Position numbers and translations under genes: made by a program
Notes under the pieces: model-generated
The model's database searches: none
What the model was told of the DNA's origin: nothing
The model's input: the letters and a program-made list of their open reading frames with translations, nothing else
Origin: Octopus sinensis
Taxonomy: Eukaryota
Assembly (NCBI RefSeq): GCF_006345805.1
Contig: NC_042997.1
Location: 178,808,001-178,872,000, forward strand
DNA length: 64,000 bases
Direction of reading: 5' to 3'
Shown here: positions 53,924-64,000 of the stretch, piece after piece
Numbering within the stretch: position 1 is the first letter of the stretch
Layout: every line of letters begins with the position of its first letter

Positions 53924-54399
53924 TTTCTCTATGCATGTGTGTGTGTGTATGTGTTTGTGTGTGTATGTGTGTGTGTGAGAGAGAGAGAGAGTGTGTGTGT
54001 GTGAGATATATAGATACATGCACACTCGCATAAAATCATACATATATACTGAAAACCTCCACAGAAGTTGTGATATTTTCAGGCTCTGCTTACGGAAAAT
54101 GAAGGATATAAAAGCATGAGATGAATACAGACAGTCTTTGAGTATTGAATAATTATCTTGCACAGCACCTGCTAGACAACAGGAGCGGAAATAAGTACGT
54201 AGCCTAATGCCGAAAAGCGTGTCGGCAGTGATCTCCTAAGGAAGCATCCTGTTCCTGACGATCTTCCATATAACCTTTAACATCTGAATTAACCTCCCAA
54301 AAAGAAGTCCTGGTTGGGAAACTTTCGGTATACAAAATAATAAAAAACCAGGAAACGATTATGCCTGGATATATATTCCGACGACTTGAAGATGACAGT

Positions 54400-54960
54400 A
54401 ATATGGACGTGCAGTTCATCCTTTCATTGAATTCCGACAGTTATGTCGTATCACACATTTAAGGCTATAATTTTGCAATTCGAGAACAGATGATTAATTA
54501 AAAAAATACTTAATTAATAAAATAGTCAGTAAAGTCTTTTGATTCCCAACATGTAACTGACAACATCAATTATGCCACATTTCAGTGTAAGATACCACAC
54601 ACGTAATGAGCAGCTGCCACAAATGGTCAAATTACTACCTCTCTTTGCGACGCGACGTTGTCTGAAGGACAATATACAATGCCAACCGAGGAATAAGCAT
54701 CCTGAGACAAATGGAAAGAAATCCCTGCCTTTGAATACATACATTAATATCAACTCAAGGAATATTGGTGGAACACTTCCTTTAATACTTCTACCAAGAG
54801 CAAAAATAACAGGTCGGATAGTGTTGTCTGTGACATTAGAGAAACCAGTTGTCTCGCTGATGTGTACTCACAGAGAAATGGAACAACTACAGAAAACTGC
54901 TTCGAAATGTTCAGGTTCTATATCCAGATTATCAATTCCCATCTATGGATATTTTGTGAG
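54400..54960 (+). pseudogene. Second decayed R4/Dong-like LINE C-terminus
   Basis: VSHI*GYNFAIREQ, DTTHVMSSC..YYLSLRRDVV, KEYWWN..NNRSDSVV, ETSCLADV, NYRKLLRNVQVLYPDYQF. Confidence 0.75.
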
Positions 54961-55779
54961 TAAACGCGTTAGTGACAATCTGTTAACATATACATTACAA
55001 TTACAATTGTAAGTGGGGCAATAAAGATATGCAAGACTTTTCTCAAGTCCAAAATGTAAATTTGTTTTTATTGATATTCCAATGATGGAATTTTGTATGT
55101 TTGTTAGAAACCAGACCCTTCTTTATAAGAAGACTTCAAATAATTTGAAGCAGAACACACACACACACACATTATGTGTACACTTTAAAAAATGCAGTAA
55201 CGAACACAAATAACCTTAGACTGAAAGTGTAATATATTTACGGAAACTGAAAAACAAAAAAATATGAGAAGTACAATGTAAAACAGTTTCTAAATCTGCT
55301 GTAATATGGTATTAATTACAAAGTAGTGTATATGAAAATGGAGTTAAGGAATGACAGGTGCCAGAGTAGGGAAGGAAGAAATGAGTAAAATTCAAGGAAG
55401 AAGTGACTAGGACAAGCCGGGGAGGTTGAAGTAAAGTGGTACTTTAAAAAAAAAAACGAATGAGAAAAAACAAATAAATAGCAAGTGTGCTGCTTCCGTA
55501 AAAGGAAAATTGTCTTCATATTATTCGGAAAAAAATGGAAAGGAGAAATTACACGCATTGTCTATTTTCTCTTGTGTGTTTTATGCTTGGATAAGCAGTT
55601 AAACATATTTAAAGAGAATCAACTTCCTTATGCACACAAGATGGCAAGTTTGAACAGCAGTCAAGAAATTGGAGATCGGAAAATTTTATTGTTAAACATT
55701 CATAAATGCAAAACATACAGCCTATTGGTATGGTTGCTATAAGTTTTGGTACAACACATAATTGTCTATGTGATGACTT

Positions 55780-56300
55780 AGTTTAAATTATTAGAGTTAG
55801 GCTTCTCCATAGACAAACTTAAGTCAGCGCTTCTATGTTGACCGTGAACAAGTTTAAAGTTGCTGATTGTAAGATAATTTTGCTGAAATCTAGATAAACT
55901 GATGAATGATTTAGAAAGTGTTGGTTTCAGCTGTAGTGTAGTAAATAATCCCCTTAAAATAGATTTATTATCAAAATTTGCATTTATTCGATAGATACAG
56001 TTGCTTGTTTGTCAGTGTCTGGCTGATATAGAGGTGCTAAGTCTGATACAATCCGTGCTAGATAAAACTGTGTAAAATTAACTGCAGAGAGTTTGATAAA
56101 TTGTTAAACATTTTATAGTATGTAGAGTGATGAGAGGAAATACTTTTTAAAGATTTGGACTACATGAGTAGGAAATTGGTTAAATAGAGCGTTGAAATGG
56201 GTGGTGTTAGCTTTTCTGATTATGTGACTCATGAGATGGTGGGTTGTAGAAAAGTTCATTCATGTTAAAGAAATACAATGTAAATTTAGCAGTATTACAA
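55780..56300 (-). pseudogene. Possible CR1/L2-type LINE 3' remnant
   Basis: Heavily decayed SHIIRKAN...IFKKYFLS; weak. Confidence 0.3.
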
Positions 56301-57034
56301 AAAGAATTTTGGATGTCACTTTAATCCACCACAGCAGAAGGCCTGTTGAACTATTCCACAAACATACATTGGCATTCTAATGATTCAAAACTTATATTAC
56401 ACCACTGAGTTAAAAATATTTCCATCCTTCTTTTACAAATATTATTTATCGAATTCTCCAATAGAAAACCACTTTCCCGTCACTGACAAATGTGTACGAA
56501 CTAGTGAATCTGCCATGCTTGCGCTTAATTGTTTTAGATACCTGTGCAATTGCGAACAGACTGAAACATCCTCTCAAGCTTCCATCCTTGGCTCACTTAA
56601 ATATCGAACATATAATCATTGGTGGGAAGGAGTACGGAATTTTGGCTTGCACACACGTATTATGCCTTAGTAAACTGGTACAGATGTGCTTTGTGCACGG
56701 CCGTAAAGCTTTACCTGGTCCAGAAATTGAAATCATGACCTTATAACAGTATGCCAAGCATTCCAAATTCTTGGCTACTAGTCTTAATTCTCCAAGAAAG
56801 ATACGATATGTAGAAATAAACAAAATATCCCACGCACAATTCCTCAAGGATTCTAGTGGTTTATCCTCTCGCATAACCAACAATTTTTTACGGCTGCAGG
56901 CAAAATCATAAACTTTTCGCAAAATCATTTCCTCATTCATCATAATACACTAGCTTTAAATATATTCAATAAATGGATTTCTATTACAAACTGCGAATCA
57001 TATATAGGTGACCTTCTTAAAATATCACTTTCTA

Positions 57035-57185
57035 CTTTAGGCACAAGGCCTGAAATTTCAGGGGAAGGAGAAACGCGATTACATCGACCCCAGTGCTCAA
57101 CTAGTACTTATTTTATATAACCCGAAAGGATGAGAAGCACGGGCACCCATGGCAGAATTTGCATAGCGAAAGCCAAACCGGTCAA
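57035..57185 (-). mobile_element. SINE family A variant fragment
   Basis: ggcacaaggcctgaaattt...gattacatcgaccccagtgctcaactagtact...cccgaaaggatga. Confidence 0.7.
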
Positions 57186-57224
57186 TATATTAAGAATTAT
57201 ATTAAAACTATGTAAAGTGTATAT

Positions 57225-57312
<88 letters not shown>

Positions 57313-57903
57313 TACATATACATATATGTATATATGTATTTATATATGTAAGAGAGAGAGAGAAAATGAGAGAGAGAGAGAAAGAGTCGGTATGTGAGAG
57401 AAAGAGGGACTGAACACTGTACCGACATGCAGGATTAGTATACTGAATGAATACACACATTTAGCCTTTTTGTGATGGTAATGCAGTGATACAAATAGTA
57501 TGAGCTGTAGTTTTCATAGAGGCGGCGGTGATGATGGTGGCCGTGGTGGTTGCCGAGGTGGTCAGAGATTACGGTGAGAGTAAGCGATGTGAAAGACAGT
57601 GGCGATGGTGGTTGAGTAGAAAGCGGTCAAAGTCAAATGTTTTGATGTTGGTGGCGTCAGAAGTCTGAATGGTGTGTGTATGGTAGATGTGGTGGCGATG
57701 GTGGTGTACTGTTGTTTATGATGCAGCTTAGCAATAAATTCCAAGTCAACAAATTATATCATTGTTTTCGTGAAAATCTTTCATTGCTTGAAAAATATTG
57801 TTAAAGTTTAATAAAATTTAATATGTACTCAATGCATGAAGTGTCATTGTTGGGCCCAAGGCCTAATGAAGAACCCTCCACAGGAGCTAGCTTAAATGTC
57901 TAG

Positions 57904-57945
<42 letters not shown>

Positions 57946-57995
57946 CATTATATATATATACATATATATATATATATACAATATATATATAATAC

Positions 57996-58029
<34 letters not shown>

Positions 58030-58044
58030 GTGAGTGTGTGTGTG

Positions 58045-58470
58045 CTTTTGTGGTAAGTAGTTTGTTTTCAAACCACGTGATTTGAGAGTAGATTTCTTGG
58101 ACGGTAACTGAAAGAAGCCTGTCGTATTCACTCACACTCACACACATGAATATATGTGTGTGTTTTGGGATTTGTATTTGTCCCCCACCATTTTAACAAC
58201 TGGTGATTTGGTTTGTTTATATCGCCGTGAACTAACGGTTCAGCAAAAAAGACCAACACGTAATGATAAGATTTAGATAAGTAGTGGGGCTAATTTTTCG
58301 ACTAAATCCTTCAAGGTTGTGCCCCAGCACGTCTGCTGTCCAGTGACTGAAACAAGTAAAAGATAATATTCGATAAGATTCTTTCAGTTTACATCTACCG
58401 AATACACTTACATTGGTTGGCCCAGGGCTTCAACAGAAGACACTGCCGGGCAGTGAGAGGGAGGCCGGAA
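58045..58470. mobile_element. Diverged SINE family C (+, to ~58365) followed by an inverted 5' fragment (-)
   Basis: gtggtaagtagtttg...gacggtaactgaaagaagcctgtcg...gactgaaacaagtaaaaga, then tctttcagtttacatctacc. Confidence 0.7.
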
Positions 58471-58609
58471 CCAAGTGACTGCACATCTTTCCCCAGTTTT
58501 TAATTTCAATTAAGCTCCTACATGGATTATGTCAGTTTTAGCATTTTACCTCACCGAAATATTACCACGTCTCTCGTCTTTTTAAATACACTTACTTTGT
58601 AATTATTGA

Positions 58610-59400
58610 CTTTTAAATGCGAATTATGATCCTTTAATAAAAATTCCAGTACGCCCATTTATGGAATATCCATTTTATCTTTCGAAACCTGAACATATAT
58701 ACCATCCTCCTGCTGCATTTTTCACATTCTTTACTCTTTTACATATCTATTTAACATTTTATATGCTTGTTGTTCTTCAACTTCTTAGTGTATCTTCTTT
58801 TCCTCACCGTTATCCTTATGTTGTTGAAGGTTTTAAAGCTTTCCTCTTCTGTTTTTCATTCCATTTTAATCTATACTATAAACTTCAATATTTTTCAGAT
58901 TTTACTCCCAGTATGCACACACACACAGACTTAATAAAAATAATAAATAAAGAAAAACATCTCATAATTATTAATTCTGCTGTATTTTATACCCTCGATT
59001 TATTAAATTTATTTTTTGATTAATCTATTTTACTTTTAATATTTGAATGCTTTAACTTATTAAAATATGAAAAAAATATCTCTAAAGTATAAAATTTTAA
59101 AATTATTATTGTAATTATTTAGTATTTTAAGAATCGGCCATTGTTACCATACGATTTTATTGTTTCCAACATCTTCTTATTCCTCTCAATATTTCCTTTA
59201 CTAGCTTATTTACTAGGTGATTTATTACTTCACTTAGAGCGCTTCTTTCCTCTACATTTTTCCTCCTATTCTTACCACCTTTGATATCTTTTTCCCTTTC
59301 ATATTTTCCTTTGTATTTTTCTATTTCACAACTTTCATTATTTAAAAAGTGTGTTTGAATCTTTAAAACTGTATTCTTTATTGCTCTTTATACTTTCTTT
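58610..59400 (-). pseudogene. Possible decayed LINE ORF with APE-endonuclease-like fragment
   Basis: Purine-rich open stretch at 59165-59340 and GGWYICSG...NGRTGIFIK near 58630-58720. Confidence 0.28.
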
Positions 59401-59955
59401 TATAACTTTAAATGCATTTATTTTTTTAATATATATATATTATTTATTTATTTTTTAACTTCTAAATGCGTTCACTGATAGTTTATAAAAGCTAACATCT
59501 ATAACGCTTAACGATTATTTTCTGAACCCTATGAGAGCCTAGACCCTTCTTTCTCTCTTATACATTCATGTAATTCTCTTCTATCTACAGCTAATTTTTA
59601 AACCAGATAACCCATTTTAGTTGCATCGATTCACTTGTAAACACTACTGGAAACTTGAGAAGATATCCTAGAATGTACTGAGGCATTCTGTTGCTCTTTT
59701 TTATATTATCAAAGGTGATAGACTGAAATAATCGTAAAAGTGTCTTGGCGGACAAAATGCTTTGCAGTATTTTCTTTCGATTCTTAACATTCAGAGTTCA
59801 AATACCGATAATGTCAACGTTGCCTTCATGTCATCGGGGTCAATAGTATCAAGTAGCGTGGTTGATATGATCGACTAATAATTTCTGCCTAAAACTGATG
59901 GTCTTGTGCCTACACTAGAAACAGTTATTTCCTCTAAACACACACACACACACAA

Positions 59956-60049
<94 letters not shown>

Positions 60050-60057
60050 ATATATAG

Positions 60058-60240
60058 TTAATCCAAACATAAACAAGCAAGAAAAAACAACAACGCGACG
60101 ACGTGGAATAAGTACAGTGCTATTGGACGCTCAGAAAAGGAGAGAAAAGAAAGATGATTTCACGTTTCGAGCGGGGCTCTTCGTCAGAAATATAGAAAAA
60201 GTCCAAAGAATGGAAGACGGAGAAAGAAGGCGCGGTAACA
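60058..60240 (-). mobile_element. Family B-related element with hammerhead motif 60157-60191
   Basis: AUUU-CUGACGA-A-GAGC CCC GCUC-GAAAC GUG AAAU; core intact but G at position 17. Confidence 0.65.
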
Positions 60241-60720
60241 TATTGGAAAAAAATTGGTTACTATAATTATATATAATATATAACGCAATTTGCCTCTAAC
60301 GTTTACACTTCCCCCCCTGGCTTTGTTCAGGCCTTTATATGGTGTGATGTACGCAGAAAGACTGTCTACACTCGACTACTTCCCAGGATAAGGCACGGTA
60401 ACTTATATCATCAACCCCTCTCTTCCCAACCTTAGCCTAACGAAACTTAGGCGTAACCTTAGTCCTCCAAAACCCATTTATATCTGAAGATATATCATAG
60501 TTAACGTACGGAGCCAAGGGATTTTAATTGAGTGTAACTGAATATGAAATGCAGTGGGGGCTATGTCTGTTATTTAACATTGCGGTGGAAAACAGCTCCA
60601 GGTGTGTTTCGATCTTATTTGAACTTCCAAGCTTTGTACTCTTTATCTATCAGTACACATTTTAGATTGAGAGATGTATACAAGACGTCTGTGAATGTAG
60701 ATAAATTAGTTTTATAAATA

Positions 60721-61060
60721 AAGGTAAAGACCCCCTTCGGTCACGACACTGACCATGGGATTGCACCTAGAAAGTTACCCTCCTAGACACAAGTCCGGGC
60801 AAGGTTGTTTATGGAAGGCCAGCAGTCGCCCATGCATACCAGCCTCCCCTCTCCACGCCACCAGTGTTATCCAAGGGAAAGACAAAGGTCGATACATTTT
60901 GGCACCAGTGACGTCGCAACTCATTTCTACGGCTGAGTGAACTGGAGCAACGTGAAATAAAGTGCCTTGCTCAAGGACACAACACGCAGCCCGGTCCGGG
61001 ATTCGAGCTCACAACCTCACGATCGTAAGCTCGACGCTCTAACCACTGAGCCATGCGCCT
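60721..61060 (-). mobile_element. tRNA-Arg(ACG)-like SINE, family D, full length
   Basis: Head GGCGCATGGCTCAGTGGTTAGAGCGTCGAGCTTACGATC...GCTCGAATCC; tail ...GGGGGTCTTTACCTT. Confidence 0.9.
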
Positions 61061-63178
61061 TAATACCATTTATATTACTAACGGTTGTAATATTAATTAA
61101 GATGTGTTGTTTTATTTACCGCATTATAGTTATAGGACCTATATTAATAATACGTTTCCAGGCAGCAGGCATCCTAATGGGGTCGGTGATTTTAAATGAA
61201 ATTTGATTTTTGTTATTAAAAATGGTATTCAAAATGCAATGAACCAGTGTTTGGCTTTCACTGAAGCAGCAATTGACACGATACAAAGCTACAACAAGCC
61301 ACACTATTGTTCACAAATGATTAACATAAACAAATACGATTATTCAACGTCTCTTCCGAAGTTACAAAAATAGTTTTGTGGTTGTGATTTCATGGAGTCT
61401 TTCCTTATATTCATTTGTAGAGTTTGAAAGGAAATATTTGCGTTATATAAGTTCTTTTCAAACCTGTTTGGATTTTGTCTTATTTTTGTTTACCAGTATT
61501 TTAGATATTTCTTCTATTTCTCATTGCAGCAAATTTGAACTAGATAACAGTAAACAGAATTATGTAACCTACACGAGATATGGTAGGTAAGTTACGTTTT
61601 ATTTAACCATATATTAGTGGTATAAAAGGAGAAGGAGTGGACATGGGTGTTATTTTATAATAATAATTATTATTATTATTGGACTCTGAGCAAATCTATG
61701 TTACAAGCTGTTCTGACTGTTACGTTCCCTTCTATTTTTAAGTCATACTGTATTTAGTACCCCATCATCATTTTTAACGTGACACTGTACAATTTAAAGT
61801 CGCCTTGGCTGATAATTCTAGCAGCTTGAGCGAGTGTAAAGAATGTCTCTATAATATGATAGAAAAAAGAAAAGAAAAAGAAAGGAGTGATATTAAATTT
61901 TAGACCCATTTTATCAAATGATAAACAGCATTGACAATAGTATTAATAACAACAATAACCACAATACATAAACTAAGATGCGTACCTCTAGAAATAGTTT
62001 AATGTGATTGAGATGGTAGCTAAATCACCGTTAAGTCACACTATACGATCTTTAAAACAAGCTGAAGGGTTTATGGTACGCTGTAATCCTAGATAACATA
62101 TACTAGAAAAAATATGTTGTTCATGACTGAAACACGATTAACCACAGATCGGGACTCTCCTGGGGTTACAAAACACCATCATTACAAAAACAAAAACAAC
62201 AGCACAGCAACACATAAGCCAAAGAGAAATCGTCAATAAATAGTCAATAAATTGCTGTATGTGCTACAGATAGTGGAATCGATCCCTTTAATCACATCCT
62301 ACGACCTTTAAAAAGAGAAAAAAAAAACATCGGATATATACAATATCGTGGTTGTAGGCAGGCTATGCATACACAAATACAGTATAATCACAGCTGAAAC
62401 GCTTTTGAACATCATATGTCCGCTCTATCAGGGTTGGTCTCCTCCTCCTCCACCTGCTTCTCAACAACAACAACGACAACATTGCCAAAACCGAAATTGA
62501 TCTCCGACTCTATGGATTCTTGTTATTGGGGAGGATTATCTTGCTAACGTGTTACAAGTTGGAGTAATACATCGGCATTTTAGCGTATGCACATCCGATT
62601 TTGTCTATGAATAAAATCAATAGATGTTTGATATGTTTGATAATGTAGGATGGTTTACTGTTTTGAATGAGTAGAAAAGTAAATATACCAGAATTGATTG
62701 CTGCTGGTGCTAGCACTAAGTCTGAAACTTAGGATTCTTGGATATTCAAATATAATCATAGTTGATAAGTTATCCCTACTGACAGATTGTGTGAGATGGA
62801 CGTAAAGATTTCATTGATAGAATCTCATAGATAACGTTTGCAAAGTCCTTAGTGTGATAGCCATCCGCCTCTCTCTCTCTCTCTCTCTACATCACCCACG
62901 TTGTTTGAATAAGAGCCAAGGTGTTAGTATAAAGTGTTTGGTACAGGACTATTTGCATTAAGGGTTGTTGTTGTCGATGTTGTTGTTGTTGAGGTGAGCT
63001 AGCACATTGGGCAAAATGATAAGTGGATTTTCAGGTCTTCAGGTTTTGAATTCACATTTCATTGATGTCGACTTTACCTTTTACACTTTTGGTTGATAAA
63101 ACAAGTAGCTTTCAAGTACAGTTGTCAATGTTAACGGCTTCTTACACTTTTTTCCTCTTTCTGACCATGTGCCAAAAA

Positions 63179-63614
63179 GGCGGCGAGCGGGCAGGATCGT
63201 TAGCACGACGGGCGAAATGATTAGCATTATTTCGTCTGCCGTTAGGTTCTGAGTTCAGATTCCGCCGAGGTCGACTTTGCCTTTCATCCTTTCGGGGTCG
63301 ATAAATTAAGTACCAGTTAAGCACTGGGGTCGATCTAATCGACTTAATTTCTTTGTCTGTCCTTGTTTGTCCCATCTGTTTAGCCCCTTGTGGGCAATAA
63401 CGAAATAAGAATCGTTAGCGTGCTGGGCGAAATACCTAGTGTTATTTTGCCCGTCTTAACGTTGAGTTTCAAATTCCGCTGTGGTCGACTTTGCTTTTAA
63501 TCCTTTTGGGGTCGATGAAATAAATACATGTTGAGAACTGGGGTCTAGCCCCTCTCCCCAAAATATTTGGCCTTGTTCCTATAGCAGAAAGGATTATTAT
63601 TATCATTATTATTA

Positions 63615-63655
<41 letters not shown>

Positions 63656-63890
63656 GCGAACTGGCAGTATCGTTAACAAGCCGGACGAAATGTTTCGCAG
63701 CAATCACCAGTCTTTACGTACCGATACTGAGCCCAAATTTTGCCGGGGTCGACTTTGCCTTACATCCTTTAGGAGTCGATAAAATAAGTACCAGTACAAC
63801 AGTGGGATCGATGAAATCGACTACTCCCCCCGCCCCACAAAAAAAAAAGCCGTGTGCTAGAGTAGAAAGGATTATAATTATGATTATTAA
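63179..63890 (+). mobile_element. Cluster of three same-orientation family A / A-variant SINEs (63179-63410, 63410-63600, 63656-63890)
   Basis: Repeated atcgttagc...ggtcgactttgc...ggggtcgat modules separated by (ATT)n. Confidence 0.88.
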
Positions 63891-64000
63891 TGAGATCCAA
63901 TGGTCAAATCTGTCACACGAAGAGTATTTTCAGACAGAATCTGTCCAGGACTACATTGTCTTACTATTTTAGATTATACAGCTCTATTTTTAAGAGATGA

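Noticed and set aside
56740-56893. Possible minus-strand exon within ORF 56593-56943
   Set aside because: Weak donor (GTCATG) and no recognisable product.
62500-62860. Possible LINE RT remnant on the minus strand
   Set aside because: Only vague similarity to the SG.PQG region; key motifs absent.
63989-64000. Match to the end of the hammerhead-SINE tail (ttaagagatga, cf. 8521)
   Set aside because: Only 11 bp at the window edge; needs downstream sequence.

Overview
AT-rich, microsatellite-dense animal genomic DNA with one 100-N gap (43285-43384). The repeat content suggests an octopus/cephalopod genome (inference). No complete protein-coding gene can be supported. Almost every ORF in the track is translated microsatellite; only a few candidate minus-strand exons remain, the best encoding a signal-peptide-like stretch at 44681-44902. 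The window is mostly transposon-derived: several tRNA-derived SINE families, two decayed R4/Dong-like (RLE) LINEs, a CR1/L2-type remnant, two mariner remnants, two non-autonomous Helitrons, Penelope-like (PLE) fragments and a U6 snRNA pseudogene. The most notable signal is about a dozen minimal type I hammerhead-ribozyme-like motifs (CUGANGA...GAAAC...NUH, palindromic stem III) from at least five short repeat families. One family couples a tRNA-like Pol III head to a 3' hammerhead (8751-9050, with an inverted copy of the tail at 8521-8739). These elements co-occur with (TA)n/(TAA)n tracts and long fold-back palindromes. All RNA structures were assigned by eye; none was computed or tested.
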